A stretch of 64,000 nucleotides of DNA from Deltaproteobacteria bacterium (GCA_050258375.1 JBLMYQ010000002.1:29543-93542), one strand, 5' to 3'; numbered from the stretch's first letter, positions 26,134 to 36,994 are shown. Notes: generated by a model not told the origin, from the sequence alone. Numbers and translations: made by a program.

Positions 26134-26838
26134 ATGAAATTCATTAATTTTTTAAAACTGAATAATCTTGTTACAATAAAGAAGATATTTCATATGAAAC
26201 ATTTATTGATCTTATCTATACTCGTTGTTTCATATATAATTCTTTCAGGATATATATATTCTGAAAAGATAAGTGAAGACCTTGCCAAAAATGTTGTCAG
26301 GCTGCATGTAATTGCAAACAGCGATTCAAAACATGACCAGCAAATAAAATTAATGGTTAGGGATTCAATACTAAAATATATGGAAGAAAACTCTAAAGGT
26401 ATTAAGTCTGCAGATGAAGCTAAAAACTTCATTTGTAAGAACCTTTTAAATATAGAGAATATTGCTTGTACTGCCTTAAAATCATATGGCTCGGATTATA
26501 GCGCAAAAGCCTATTTTGGCAAATTTGTTTTTCCAACAAAGGTTTACGGCGATGTTACTTTACCATCAGGAGAATATCAATCTCTTAGAGTTGTTCTTGG
26601 GAATGGTATAGGAAAGAACTGGTGGTGTGTAATGTTTCCTCCTTTATGTTTTGTGGATGCATCAACCGGGGTGCTTCCAGATGAATCAAAGCTTCAGTTG
26701 AAAAGCGTTCTCACAGAAGAGGAGTACAAAATTGCTCTGGGGAATGCGAAGAATACTTGCCCTGATATAAAAATAAAATTTAAGATAGTAGAATTGCTGC
26801 AGCAGTCAAAGTTTATGTTGGCAAAGGGAAAAAGATGA
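26134..26838 (+). CDS. spoIIR: stage II sporulation protein R
   Basis: VVRLHVIANSDS...YGDVTLPSGEYQSLRVVLGNGIGKNWWCVMFPPLCF SpoIIR signature; signal-anchor; ATG 26134 preceded by GGGGTG. Confidence 0.8.
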   Translation: MKFINFLKLNNLVTIKKIFHMKHLLILSILVVSYIILSGYIYSEKISEDLAKNVVRLHVIANSDSKHDQQIKLMVRDSILKYMEENSKGIKSADEAKNFICKNLLNIENIACTALKSYGSDYSAKAYFGKFVFPTKVYGDVTLPSGEYQSLRVVLGNGIGKNWWCVMFPPLCFVDASTGVLPDESKLQLKSVLTEEEYKIALGNAKNTCPDIKIKFKIVELLQQSKFMLAKGKR

Positions 26839-26868
26839 AGAAGGCGTTATTGCCTTCTTCATCTTTTA
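26837..26868 (+). terminator. rho-independent terminator after spoIIR
   Basis: GAAGAAGGC-GTTATT-GCCTTCTTC followed by ATCTTTTAT. Confidence 0.5.
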
Positions 26869-26971
26869 TCTGGCTCATTTTCTAATTGGGCATACATAAA
26901 TACCTTTGAATTCACCGTCTAGTATGATATAATTTATATGAATTTAATATTTGTTTGGATGGTGGATAAAT

Positions 26972-27661
26972 TTGAACACCCTTTCACAATGGTTTGTTTC
27001 AAACTATTCTTTTTTTGAGGACTTTTTTAAGCTGCTGATAGCATGCCTGCTTGGCGGATTGGTTGGATATCAGCGTGAAAGCTCGCACAGACCGGCTGGT
27101 TTGAGAACTCATATTCTGGTCTGCGTTGGTTCAGCACTGGTTATGATTACGTCAGAATATATATTTGATGTTTATAGAGGTGTAACAAATCTGGATCCTG
27201 CACGTTTAGGTGCTCAAGTTATCAGCGGTATAGGCTTTTTAGGTGCCGGAACAATACTGCGTGATGGTTCTACTATAAAAGGTCTGACAACCGCAGCCGG
27301 ATTATGGGCTGTTTCATGCATAGGCATTGCTATCGGCGCAGGCTTTTATTCTGGCGGAATAGCTGCAGCGTTTTTGGTATATTTGACACTTACAATTTCA
27401 AAAGATTGGGAGGTCATCACCGATACCAAGAACCGCTCAAAAAAAATCAAGATTTGTGTGCCTAATTCTCCCGGAATAATCGGAAGGGTTGAATCTATAT
27501 TAATTGATAAAAACATTTCCATAAAAACAATGAAGGTGATTCCTTCTTCCAATAATGAAAGCTTAGAATTTTTAATTTATTTAGATAATACAGATTTAGA
27601 TACAAAAGAAGTTATTTCCAGTCTTGTTAAAGAAACAGAAGATTTAATCGAAAATGAATAG
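26972..27661 (+). CDS. mgtC: MgtC/SapB family membrane protein (TTG start)
   Basis: LLGGLVGYQRE...AGLRTHILVCVGSALV...GIGFLGAGTIL MgtC motifs; no in-frame ATG, TTG at 26972 preceded by GGTGGA. Confidence 0.7.
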   Translation: MNTLSQWFVSNYSFFEDFFKLLIACLLGGLVGYQRESSHRPAGLRTHILVCVGSALVMITSEYIFDVYRGVTNLDPARLGAQVISGIGFLGAGTILRDGSTIKGLTTAAGLWAVSCIGIAIGAGFYSGGIAAAFLVYLTLTISKDWEVITDTKNRSKKIKICVPNSPGIIGRVESILIDKNISIKTMKVIPSSNNESLEFLIYLDNTDLDTKEVISSLVKETEDLIENE

Positions 27662-27678
27662 AATGCTCAATTTATTTC

Positions 27679-27707
27679 TTGACCTTTAAAATACTCTTTA
27701 ATATACT
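27679..27707 (+). promoter_or_regulatory. candidate sigmaA promoter TTGACC-N17-TATACT upstream of murA
   Basis: sequence match only. Confidence 0.35.
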
Positions 27708-27747
27708 ACAATACATATGAAAAATTTTTAAGGAAGTGACTTTACAA

Positions 27748-29028
27748 ATGCAAAAGCTCGTAATAAAAGGCGGCAATCAATTAGAAGGAGAAATAAATAT
27801 AAGTGGAGCTAAAAACTCAGCAGTTGCAATAATTCCTGCAACTCTTCTGGTAGATGGTCCATGCAGAATAGAAAATATACCTGACATCAAGGATGTAAAA
27901 ATTTTTCTGAAGATTCTTGAAAATCTGGGTGCGAATATTACATACATAGATGCTCAAACAGTTATTATCGATACAACAAAAGTAGATTGTTATGAAGCCT
28001 GTTATGATGAAGCAAGCAAAATAAGGGCTTCTTATTATTTGATTGGAGCATTGCTTGGAAGATTTAAAAAGGCAAAAGTAAGCTTTCCTGGAGGCTGCGA
28101 CTTTGGCACAAGACCTTTAGACCAACATATAAAGGCATTTGAAGCACTTGGTGCAAAGGTTGATATGACTCATGGAATAATAAATGCAAATGCTGAAACG
28201 CTTAGAGGCTCCTCTTTTTACATGGATATAGTAAGCGTAGGTGCTACAATAAATGCCATGCTTACAGCAGTAAAGGCAGTTGGGACTACAATAATTGAGA
28301 ATGCAGCAAAAGAACCTCATATAGTAGATGTAGCTAACTTTTTAAATAACATGGGTGCAAGTATAATTGGTGCCGGAACTGACATAATCAAAATCAAAGG
28401 TGTTGAAACACTCCCCGGTGGAGGTACATATAGTATAGTTCCTGACCAGATAGAAGCCGGAACCTTCATGATTGCAAGTGCAATAACATGCGGCGATATT
28501 ACAATTCGCAACTGTATACCAAAGCATTTGGAATCTCTGACAGCAAAGCTTGTTGAAATAGGTGTAAATATTGAAGAAAATGAAGATGGAGATTCATTAA
28601 GGATTAGAGCAGATAAAAGTCTATTACCAGTAAATATAAAAACTCAGCCATATCCAGGCTTTCCTACCGACTTACAGCCTCAGTTCTGTGCTCTTGCTGC
28701 AAAAATCAATGGCGTAAGCATTATAACAGAAGCAGTTTGGGATTCAAGATTTCAATACATATCTGAGCTTAGAAGAATGGGCGCAGACATAAAAATTGAA
28801 GGCAGGATTGCTATTGTAAGTGGTAAAAATAAGCTCTTTGGTGCAAAAGTCAAAGCTATTGACTTAAGAGCCGGAGCAGCTATGATTTTAGCAGGATTAG
28901 GTGCAGAAGGAATAACTGAGATTTTCGAGCTTGGAATAATAGATAGAGGCTATGAAAAGGTTGAAGAAAAGTTTATTCAACTAGGCGCTGATATGAAACG
29001 TATGCCAATAAGTGAAGAAGACTTATAA
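27748..29028 (+). CDS. murA: UDP-N-acetylglucosamine 1-carboxyvinyltransferase
   Basis: MQKLVIKGGNQLEGEINISGAKNSAVAI..., catalytic Cys region GGCDFGTRPLD; RBS AGGAAGTG before ATG 27748. Confidence 0.9.
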   Translation: MQKLVIKGGNQLEGEINISGAKNSAVAIIPATLLVDGPCRIENIPDIKDVKIFLKILENLGANITYIDAQTVIIDTTKVDCYEACYDEASKIRASYYLIGALLGRFKKAKVSFPGGCDFGTRPLDQHIKAFEALGAKVDMTHGIINANAETLRGSSFYMDIVSVGATINAMLTAVKAVGTTIIENAAKEPHIVDVANFLNNMGASIIGAGTDIIKIKGVETLPGGGTYSIVPDQIEAGTFMIASAITCGDITIRNCIPKHLESLTAKLVEIGVNIEENEDGDSLRIRADKSLLPVNIKTQPYPGFPTDLQPQFCALAAKINGVSIITEAVWDSRFQYISELRRMGADIKIEGRIAIVSGKNKLFGAKVKAIDLRAGAAMILAGLGAEGITEIFELGIIDRGYEKVEEKFIQLGADMKRMPISEEDL

Positions 29029-29115
29029 CTCACCCCTACCCTAATGACCCTTAAGGATTACTGTGTTCTTCCTTCGCCTTGTTAAGGGAGAAGGAAGTAA
29101 GAGAGATGAGGGTAT
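29027..29115. repeat. TAACTCACCCCTACCC... element with CTTCCTTC/GAAGGAAG hairpin and GATGAGGGTATT unit after murA
   Basis: shares 5' 12-mer with 21501 and 52645(rc); GATGAGGGTATT also at ~33716. Confidence 0.45.
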
Positions 29116-29149
29116 TCTGTTTACAATAATTTAATTTGGAGATATACAA

Positions 29150-29941
29150 ATGATGAAATTTTGTTCGTTGTACAGTGGAAGCAGTGGAAACAGCATATAT
29201 GTAGAAAGTTCAAATTCAAAGATTCTTATTGATGCCGGTGTAAGCGGCAAAAAGATTGAACAAGGACTTGCCTCTATCGGGACATGTGCCAATGAAATAG
29301 ATGCAATTTTAGTTACTCACGAGCATTCGGACCACGTTTCCAGTATAGGCTTGCTTTCAAAGAAATACGATATTCCGGTTTATGCAACCAACCTTACCTG
29401 GAATCAGCTTGATGAGCAATCAGTCAAGATGAAACCCTCTAACAGGATGACCTTTGAAATTGATAATTGGTTCTCAATAGGGGATTTGGACATAATGCCT
29501 TTTAAAATACCGCACGATGCGATAGAACCATGCGGTTTTAGTATTTTTGGCGAGGGCAAGAAGGTTACTATAGCAACAGATATCGGTCATATTAATAATT
29601 ATCTTTCTGAAAACATGGAAAAAAGTAATATGCTGCTTTTGGAATCAAATCATGATATCGAAATGCTCAGGGCAGGACGTTATCCATGGTTTTTAAAAAG
29701 AAGAATTTTAAGTGAAAATGGTCATTTATGCAACGAGGATGCTGCCAGAACAATCGTGAATCTTGTTGAATCAGGCATGAAGAATTTTCTTTTGGGGCAT
29801 CTGAGCACTGAAAATAACTTTCCCGAGCTTGCACTGCAAACAGTCACAAACAGCTTGGAGGAAATCGGCATAAAAATCGGAAGGGATATATGCCTTGAGG
29901 TTGCCCCAAGATATGCACCGTCAACTGTTATCACTTTGTAG
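29150..29941 (+). CDS. MBL-fold metallo-hydrolase (YycJ/WalJ-like)
   Basis: HEHSDH zinc motif, LYSGSSGNS N-terminus. Confidence 0.8.
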   Translation: MMKFCSLYSGSSGNSIYVESSNSKILIDAGVSGKKIEQGLASIGTCANEIDAILVTHEHSDHVSSIGLLSKKYDIPVYATNLTWNQLDEQSVKMKPSNRMTFEIDNWFSIGDLDIMPFKIPHDAIEPCGFSIFGEGKKVTIATDIGHINNYLSENMEKSNMLLLESNHDIEMLRAGRYPWFLKRRILSENGHLCNEDAARTIVNLVESGMKNFLLGHLSTENNFPELALQTVTNSLEEIGIKIGRDICLEVAPRYAPSTVITL

Positions 29942-29978
29942 ATATTTCTTATTTTTTTAGAATTGCAAAGGTACCTCT

Positions 29979-30455
29979 ATGAACATTAACATAATCTGTG
30001 TCGGCAAAATTAAAGAAGCATATATAAAAGCCGGACTGGACGAATACTCCAAACGGCTTTCAAAATACTGTAAATTAAATGTAACTGAGCTTCAAGACGA
30101 AAAGGTTGCGGATAAAACCTCCGAAAAAGAGCTTGAGATAATTCAAAAAACCGAAGCAGAGCGTATAAAATCAGCACTAAAATCCGGCTGCACAATCGTC
30201 CTTGATTTTCGCGGAAAACAGTTGAAATCAGAAGAATTCGCAGAAAAAATTGCAGCAATTGGGGTTTCAGGTCAAAGCACTATAAATTTTATAATCGGCG
30301 GCTCGATTGGTCTTTCAGAAGAAATTCGAAAGAATGCAGATTTTGTCCTTTCATTCTCAAATCTTACTTTCCCCCATCAATTAATAAGGTTATTTCTTTA
30401 TGAGCAGTTATTTAGGTGCTTCAAAATAATAAAAGGTGAAACTTATCATAAATAA
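29979..30455 (+). CDS. rlmH: 23S rRNA (pseudouridine1915-N3)-methyltransferase
   Basis: SPOUT RlmH family: MNINIICVGKIKE..., 158 aa. Confidence 0.85.
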   Translation: MNINIICVGKIKEAYIKAGLDEYSKRLSKYCKLNVTELQDEKVADKTSEKELEIIQKTEAERIKSALKSGCTIVLDFRGKQLKSEEFAEKIAAIGVSGQSTINFIIGGSIGLSEEIRKNADFVLSFSNLTFPHQLIRLFLYEQLFRCFKIIKGETYHK

Positions 30456-30461
30456 CATTTT

Positions 30462-31142
30462 CTAAATTCCAATTGACCCTAAAACTTGTTCGGTATCACT
30501 TAAATCTTTAAACACAAAATCCGGCTTACTTTCTTTTAGCTCTGCTTCTGAGAAGTTACCGGTTGCAACGGCAATACTCCTTACTCCAACCTTTTTTGCA
30601 CATTCAATGTCCCTTGGTGTATCACCAATAACAAAGATGTTTTCATTTTCAAACTTTACGCCAAATAACTCTTCCGATTTTCTTATACCACCCTTTATAA
30701 TCCTCCACCTTTCGGTTTCATTATCACCAAACCCTCCTGTTTTAAAATACTTATTCAAATCAACAGGACTCAGTTTTAATCTGGCACCTTTTTCAATATT
30801 GCCTGTACCCAATACATTATATACTCCCTTTTTGCTTTCAAGAGTCTCCAGAAGAAATACAATATTCGGGTTTATCTTCATTGTACATTTATCTTTAACT
30901 ATCTCTTCCAGTGCCCGTGTATATACCTTAATAAACTCTTCATCCTCTACAGCTTTAACATTAAAAGCTTCGCACATTTCCTTGTATATGCCGATATCGA
31001 CCTTACCTCCTAAATTAATACCACTGCAAGCATTTTTTATACCCGTTAGAATTTCAAAAGCATACTCGAATGCTCTTTTACCCAAGCCCTCACTTCTAAT
31101 AAGTGTTCCGTCAACATCCCACATCAACAATACATTATTCAC
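30462..31142 (-). CDS. HAD-superfamily hydrolase (GTG start)
   Basis: DVDGTL motif I, GDTPRDIECAK motif IV region. Confidence 0.75.
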   Translation of the reverse strand: MNNVLLMWDVDGTLIRSEGLGKRAFEYAFEILTGIKNACSGINLGGKVDIGIYKEMCEAFNVKAVEDEEFIKVYTRALEEIVKDKCTMKINPNIVFLLETLESKKGVYNVLGTGNIEKGARLKLSPVDLNKYFKTGGFGDNETERWRIIKGGIRKSEELFGVKFENENIFVIGDTPRDIECAKKVGVRSIAVATGNFSEAELKESKPDFVFKDLSDTEQVLGSIGI

Positions 31143-31214
31143 ACCCTACACCTTCTCTCAATAATTAAATTAAAATTCAGTATACATTTATAAGAAAAAA
31201 ACGTCAATCATGTT

Positions 31215-31252
31215 CAAAAATAAAATCCCACTTGCGTGAGATTTTATTTTTT
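31215..31252 (-). terminator. bidirectional hairpin terminator after flotillin gene
   Basis: AAAATCCCAC-TTGCG-GTGAGATTTT flanked by A/T runs. Confidence 0.55.
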
Positions 31253-31253
31253 A

Positions 31254-32747
31254 TTATTCAGTTTTTGCTTCACTTATTACTGCTGTTTCCTTTTCTGCTT
31301 TTCCAACCAAAGTCTTTTTTGAAGGTTGAGGCTGAACCTCTTGCGTCTTCGTAAAATTCTGTATCATACCAATCAAATCTATTCCGGTCAAGCCCTTAAC
31401 TGTTTCCGGCAATTGAGCCATTATATTGGTTACATCCTTGGTTACTTTGGATGCGCCGCTGTCACCAATCATAATAATCTTCTCTGTCTTTGAAAGCGGT
31501 TCAGCTATACACGATGCTATATATGGCAGTTTTTCAATAATCATCTGAGCCATAGCTGCATCATTAAACTGCTTGTAAGCTTCAGCCTTTTTCAGCATCG
31601 CTTCGGCTTCAGCCTCACCTTTTGCCTTTATTACTTCTGCCTCAGCAAGACCTGCGGCTTTGATAGCTTCAGCCTTTGCAAATCCTTCAGATTTTATTGC
31701 TGCCGCCTGGCCTTCAGCTTCCTTCTGTCTTTTTATTCTTTCTGCTTCAGCTTGAATTTCAGTTTTGAATCTTTCAGCCTCTGCCGGTTTCTTGATTGTT
31801 GCTTCAAGCTCTTTTTCTCTTCTTAATACTTCCTGCTCCTGAAGCTCTATTTCTTTTTGTTTTTTTACTATTTCAACCTGCATTGCTTCCTTTTCAACCT
31901 CTTGCTGAGTTGTAAACCGCTGCCTATCATAAGACAAATCAGCCTCGGCCTTTTTAGTATTCATTGCTGACTGATATTCTGCTACTTTAATTTCTTTATC
32001 TCTATTTGCCTCTGCGATTTTTGTTTCGGCTAAAAGCTTTGACGTTTGCCCTGCCTGTGTTGCTTCTGCAGACTTTATATCAGCATCTCTTTGGGCTTCT
32101 GCTTGTCCGATTATTGCATCTCTTTGCACCCTTGCTATTTGTGCCTTACCAAGGCTTTCAAGATATCCATTTTTATCAGCTATTTCTTTTATTGTGAATG
32201 AAATTATTGTCATTCCCATATTAGCCAAATCGGTTGCTGCCAGCTCTTGAACCTTTTGAGCGAATACATCTCTGTTTTGGTTAATCTCTTCAACTGTCAT
32301 ATTACCCACTATCGAACGCAGATGTCCTTCCAGCGTTTGTGTTGCAATCTTTCTTATCTCTTCAGTTGAAAGACTTAAAAATTGTTCTGCAGCAGTCGCT
32401 ATAGCTTCTTCTTTTGAATCGATTTTTACCTGAGCAACTCCATCAACTAATACCTGCACACCTTGCGAGGTATAAGCACTTGAATTTACATCCAAGGGCA
32501 TTATTCTTAAGGACATAATTTTTGCAGTTTCCAAAACAGGCCAAACAAATGTCGCTCCACCTTTTACAATTCTAAAACCAACTTGTACGCCTGATTTTAA
32601 TTTTCTTTTTATTCCGGAAACGATTAATGCTTCGTCAGGTCCAACCTTTACATACCGGGATACAAAAACATTTACCAGCAGTATTATAACTGCAACCATA
32701 ATAACCCCAGAAACAATTGGCATTACTATACCACCCAAACCAAACAT
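31254..32747 (-). CDS. flotillin/SPFH (band 7) family protein
   Basis: N-terminal TM, SPFH domain, long E/A/K-rich coiled coil; RBS AAGGAGGA. Confidence 0.8.
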   Translation of the reverse strand: MFGLGGIVMPIVSGVIMVAVIILLVNVFVSRYVKVGPDEALIVSGIKRKLKSGVQVGFRIVKGGATFVWPVLETAKIMSLRIMPLDVNSSAYTSQGVQVLVDGVAQVKIDSKEEAIATAAEQFLSLSTEEIRKIATQTLEGHLRSIVGNMTVEEINQNRDVFAQKVQELAATDLANMGMTIISFTIKEIADKNGYLESLGKAQIARVQRDAIIGQAEAQRDADIKSAEATQAGQTSKLLAETKIAEANRDKEIKVAEYQSAMNTKKAEADLSYDRQRFTTQQEVEKEAMQVEIVKKQKEIELQEQEVLRREKELEATIKKPAEAERFKTEIQAEAERIKRQKEAEGQAAAIKSEGFAKAEAIKAAGLAEAEVIKAKGEAEAEAMLKKAEAYKQFNDAAMAQMIIEKLPYIASCIAEPLSKTEKIIMIGDSGASKVTKDVTNIMAQLPETVKGLTGIDLIGMIQNFTKTQEVQPQPSKKTLVGKAEKETAVISEAKTE

Positions 32748-32792
32748 TTTAATTCCTCCTTAAATTAGTAAAGTATTAAAAATATATTTAAT

Positions 32793-33329
32793 TTATAATT
32801 TTACTTCCGGTTTTTTAATTACCTCTGCGATATTGTCTTTGATGCAAATAATCACAACCTGAGTTCCCTTTAAGATTTCTTCCTGATTTAGAGATTTTGC
32901 AGGAGAAGTATATTTAGACCCACCTGCAATATAAGCTACCTCGCCAAGACCTTCTACTGGAATTGGGGTAATTACATCAGCCAATATGTTTGTTATGCTT
33001 TCATTTGATATAAGACTATTGCTCTGGCATTTGTACATAGGAACAACTACTGTATAGAATATGACTGCAGCACCTAACAGTCCCATAGCTAAGGCAAATA
33101 TAAATACAAAAATTGCCGCAATACTACTCATAAAATGTCCAATAATGCCGAATCCGCCAAACAATGTAATAAAGGTTGCAATTACAATTGGTTTAAGGGG
33201 AGAAATTCCATCAGTACCACCATGTCCTATATCATGAGAATCAATTCCGCCATGACCGCCTAAGAAAACAGCCAGAAGTGAATAGAATAAACCAAAAGAC
33301 AAACACCCAATATAAATATAGAGAAACAT
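32793..33329 (-). CDS. NfeD-family membrane protein (flotillin partner)
   Basis: Multi-TM N-terminus and C-terminal beta domain, upstream of flotillin; ATG 33329 preceded by AGAGGTGA. Confidence 0.55.
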   Translation of the reverse strand: MFLYIYIGCLSFGLFYSLLAVFLGGHGGIDSHDIGHGGTDGISPLKPIVIATFITLFGGFGIIGHFMSSIAAIFVFIFALAMGLLGAAVIFYTVVVPMYKCQSNSLISNESITNILADVITPIPVEGLGEVAYIAGGSKYTSPAKSLNQEEILKGTQVVIICIKDNIAEVIKKPEVKL

Positions 33330-33599
33330 TAAAAAATCACCTCTACAATATTTTACCATTTATAAAATTATTGGTCAAGCAAGTGAAACTCCTTATCTGC
33401 ATATTTTGCGGGCGCAATATATGGTAAAAAAGACCCTCCTTTCCTCCCTTCAAAAGGGAGCGAAAAGTAACTCTATGTAGAAAATTCAATACAAACCTCA
33501 TTTATGCTTTTGCAAACATCTTCAAAATTATAAATTACATCTTAATTTCTAAATTCGACTATAAAATACAGGCTTTTCGTCCCCCAATTTATTAAAGAC

Positions 33600-33760
33600 T
33601 TTACCTTGTTTGTTCCCTTCTCCCTAAAAATCTCCAAAGAACTTTCTTTTCCTTCCCTCGCCTGATTTCGGGAAAGGGAAGATAGATGGGTGAGGGCTAT
33701 AGGGAGAAGGGGCAGGGATGAGGGTATTGAAGGGGAGATAGAGGGGTCTTAAACTAATTG
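33600..33760. repeat. long imperfect palindrome: CT-rich arm (TTCCCTTCTCCCT...CCTTCCCTCGCC) vs GA-rich arm (GGGAAAGGGAAG...TAGGGAGAAGGGGCAGGGATGAGGGTATTGAAGGGGAGATAGAGGGG)
   Basis: arms complementary (CCCTTCTCCCTA / TAGGGAGAAGGG); related G-rich units to the TAACTCACCCC family; sits in divergent promoter region. Confidence 0.4.
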
Positions 33761-33870
33761 AATTTACTCTATCACGTATATTATTTCTTAATACTATTAT
33801 ACTCTTTAAATGAATATTGATATATAATGTATTGTCTGCTAAAATCGCAATTAAGAAAGGAAGGTGGATT

Positions 33871-34653
33871 ATGAGTACAAAAATATTCTATTTTTCCGGT
33901 ACAGGAAATTCTTTTTATGTTTCAAAGCAGCTCGCCGAAAAACTTGGGGATACCGAAATAATTTCCATATCAAAGGTTAAAGGAAATGCTGTTGATACTT
34001 CCTGCCAAAAAATCGGAATTGTATTTCCGGTATATGCATGGGGACCTCCCAGGATTGTCACTGAATTTGTAAAGAATCTGAATCTAAAAGATAAATATGT
34101 TTTTTCTGTCGCTACATATGGCGGATTCATTGGAGGAACTCTTGTCCTATTAAATAATTCAATAAAAGAAAAGGGTGGAAAAATCTCTGCAGGCTTTGGT
34201 TTAAAACAGCCCGGCAACTATATTGTTGGCTACGGAAATTCACGCCCTTCAGAAGAAATGTATAAAAAGTTTGCCGAAAAAGCAGACACAAAGCTTGATC
34301 AGATTGCAAAAGTAATAAACAATTGCGAAGAAACAAAAATAGAGAAAAATTACGGCTTTGTAAATGCAATTACAAATAACATATATAAAGCCTTTACCTC
34401 TCATTTGAAACAGCAAGAAAAAGGCTTTTGGGTAAATGACAATTGTAACAACTGTAAAATTTGTGAGAGAATATGTCCTGTTGAAAATATCAAAGAAACA
34501 GACGGAAAGAGAATTTGGCAAGGCAAATGTGAACAGTGTATGGCTTGCATTCAATGGTGTCCAAAAGAAGCCATACAATATGGCAAGGGTACTGCAAAAA
34601 GACTACGATACCGCCATCCGGAAATTAAGGTTGAGGAAATGTTAAATAGATAA
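33871..34653 (+). CDS. flavodoxin-like domain + 2x[4Fe-4S] ferredoxin domain protein
   Basis: FYFSGTGNS flavodoxin loop; CNNCKICERICP and CEQCMACIQWCP cluster motifs; RBS GGAAGGTGGA. Confidence 0.75.
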   Translation: MSTKIFYFSGTGNSFYVSKQLAEKLGDTEIISISKVKGNAVDTSCQKIGIVFPVYAWGPPRIVTEFVKNLNLKDKYVFSVATYGGFIGGTLVLLNNSIKEKGGKISAGFGLKQPGNYIVGYGNSRPSEEMYKKFAEKADTKLDQIAKVINNCEETKIEKNYGFVNAITNNIYKAFTSHLKQQEKGFWVNDNCNNCKICERICPVENIKETDGKRIWQGKCEQCMACIQWCPKEAIQYGKGTAKRLRYRHPEIKVEEMLNR

Positions 34654-34655
34654 AA

Positions 34656-34694
34656 AACAAGGAGCATAATTTTAAAATGCTCCTTGTTTTTTTA
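34656..34694 (+). terminator. rho-independent terminator
   Basis: CAAGGAGCAT-loop-ATGCTCCTTG + TTTTTTT. Confidence 0.7.
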
Positions 34695-34770
34695 TCTGGC
34701 TTTCTAGTATCATTAATTTAAAATTTACTCAAGCTAAAGTACCAATTAAAATATGCTGGTTCACCTAGTC

Positions 34771-36897
34771 TTAATTTCTCCTAATATCCGAAATTAAATA
34801 TTGCTCACCTTTTTTAATAAAGCTTACTTTTACACCTTTGGCAGGACCTGATGTGATTTTTATGATTCCATCTTTTGTATTATTAGTATCAACTGTCCAC
34901 TCCTGTCCAAAAGGATTTTGAATAAGGTGCATTTCTTTTGCTTTACTTATTAATAATTTATTAACAACCAGTTTTTCTGCTTCTGAATTTTCCCCTTTAC
35001 TTATGTTATACACAAATTGTACAAGCGTTTCATAAGCCGAAGGTATTATTTCAAGCTTCTTTTGTACATATTTATCTCCCTGCCTAACCCATGTATCCTT
35101 GAAATATCTATATGGACCTTTATTATCATTATAAAACGCTCTACTTTTTAAGTCTCTGTATATTCCTTCTCTGGTAAACTCAGAAACTCCATCTTCGGAG
35201 AATGTGAGCTTTCCCCCGTAATACTTCCATCCTGTCACCCTATTCAATTGCCAAACCCTATTCCAATGATTATTCTTTAGCTTAAATAAAATGACTTCAT
35301 TACCATAGGCTTGCGGCTCTCTATCAAAAACTGTCAACATTTCAATTTCATTATTCAATCCGTGCAAAATTTTAACTTGATTTGGAATACAGTTAACCTC
35401 CGCCGAAACAGACAGTTCCCTCCAAGGATTCATTGTTTGATGATTTAATTTACCATTGTACAACCAGTATATATCTAATCCTTTTCCTTCCTCAAAAGTT
35501 CCTAATCCTTTATAAGCCAGAAATATTACTTCAGGAAGAGTACCATCATTATTTGCTGGTTTAAATAGTGAAGAGTTCTCTATATCAGCATCCTTCGATA
35601 ACTTTTCAGCTAGTTTATCAGCATTACTTTGAACTTTTGCATATAAACTAGATAACTTTTTATTTATTATCTTCTCTCTAATTAAAGTAGAAATATCAAG
35701 GTAGGAGCGTGTAACAGCCAAAACTTCACCAAGCTTATTATCATTTCCGCTGCTACATGCATTGATAAGTATTTTTTGTGATTCGGAAAAACTTTCTTGG
35801 GCTTTTTTAAAGTCTTCCAGTTCTTGATATGTTTGCCCTAACCCCAAATACACTTTTGCTAAATTTTTTTGAGTCTGTTGATCGGTTGCAGCACTCATTT
35901 TCTTTATCAATGAATCAAATATATTTTTTGCCTCTTTATACTTACCAAGTGAATTAAAGGCAAATCCTTTTACCAAATAAAACTGATTCTCCGAAGGATA
36001 AGATATATTATATTGTGTACTTTTTTCTAAGCCTTTCTGGATGGATTGTAATGCTTGCTCAGGTTTTCCCGCCTTAACCTGAGAATCAGCTAAATAGTAC
36101 CAAAGAACAGGGTCATTTGGATATTGTTCAACCTTTTGGCTATAATATTTAGCCACCTTTTCAAAATAATATGGGTATACCTCGGTCGCCGGATAAAATG
36201 TTGGTACAGGATTTTCATATTTTTCAACACTTATCAGTCTCCAATTTCTGTATACACCTACTTTAAAAGCTCCTTCTCCATCCTTTTCCCATATAGCCAA
36301 TTCAGCTATTCCGTCCACCCCATATTTCCCAGGCATATCTTCCATTTCAAGTTTGCTATAAGTAATGTCTAACGTCTTTAATAATCCTTCTTCTTGAACA
36401 ATTTTGCCTTCTTCGTATTTGCTGGGCTGCCAATAATACACTCCCAAAGCATTCCCAACTGTTTTGCCTATATTCCTTCCTAATATAATTTCAGGCACTC
36501 TACCTCCCGTAAAATCAACAAAACCTGCCCAGTCAAAGCCGCTTCCAATATCTTTGTCTTCCCACATCTTTTCCCACTTTCCATTATTTTGCTTTATGAT
36601 AGCCGCGCACGCTTGTACCGGATTCTCTCCCATCTGATATGTATATAATATTTCATCCAAGTCATCTCCATTAATGTCACCTTTCTGGACAGCCTTCGCA
36701 CCTTGAGGATTAGCAGGCACTGTAAGCTTTGCACCCTTGGGCAAAAACAGCTGCACTATTTTTGCAAGTCCATCATCAGCTTGATTGGTAGCTTCTGAAC
36801 TTGGAGGCTTGATTGTACTTGTTGGTGATGGAAGAGTATTACAGCCAGCAAATACAAACATGGATAATAGTACAACTACAATGATTTTATTTCTCAT
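34771..36897 (-). CDS. secreted lipoprotein with TPR-like repeats, function unknown
   Basis: Lipobox VFAGCN, TPR-like helices in middle third; ATG 36897 after AAGGGGAAG. Confidence 0.55.
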   Translation of the reverse strand: MRNKIIVVVLLSMFVFAGCNTLPSPTSTIKPPSSEATNQADDGLAKIVQLFLPKGAKLTVPANPQGAKAVQKGDINGDDLDEILYTYQMGENPVQACAAIIKQNNGKWEKMWEDKDIGSGFDWAGFVDFTGGRVPEIILGRNIGKTVGNALGVYYWQPSKYEEGKIVQEEGLLKTLDITYSKLEMEDMPGKYGVDGIAELAIWEKDGEGAFKVGVYRNWRLISVEKYENPVPTFYPATEVYPYYFEKVAKYYSQKVEQYPNDPVLWYYLADSQVKAGKPEQALQSIQKGLEKSTQYNISYPSENQFYLVKGFAFNSLGKYKEAKNIFDSLIKKMSAATDQQTQKNLAKVYLGLGQTYQELEDFKKAQESFSESQKILINACSSGNDNKLGEVLAVTRSYLDISTLIREKIINKKLSSLYAKVQSNADKLAEKLSKDADIENSSLFKPANNDGTLPEVIFLAYKGLGTFEEGKGLDIYWLYNGKLNHQTMNPWRELSVSAEVNCIPNQVKILHGLNNEIEMLTVFDREPQAYGNEVILFKLKNNHWNRVWQLNRVTGWKYYGGKLTFSEDGVSEFTREGIYRDLKSRAFYNDNKGPYRYFKDTWVRQGDKYVQKKLEIIPSAYETLVQFVYNISKGENSEAEKLVVNKLLISKAKEMHLIQNPFGQEWTVDTNNTKDGIIKITSGPAKGVKVSFIKKGEQYLISDIRRN

Positions 36898-36994
36898 TTT
36901 TCTTCCCCTTTCAATTATTTTCTTTCCCATTTAAATTTTAATTTTAAAAGAAAGAAAAAGGGTTATAGAAAGATTAAAAATAGTTACAAAAAAG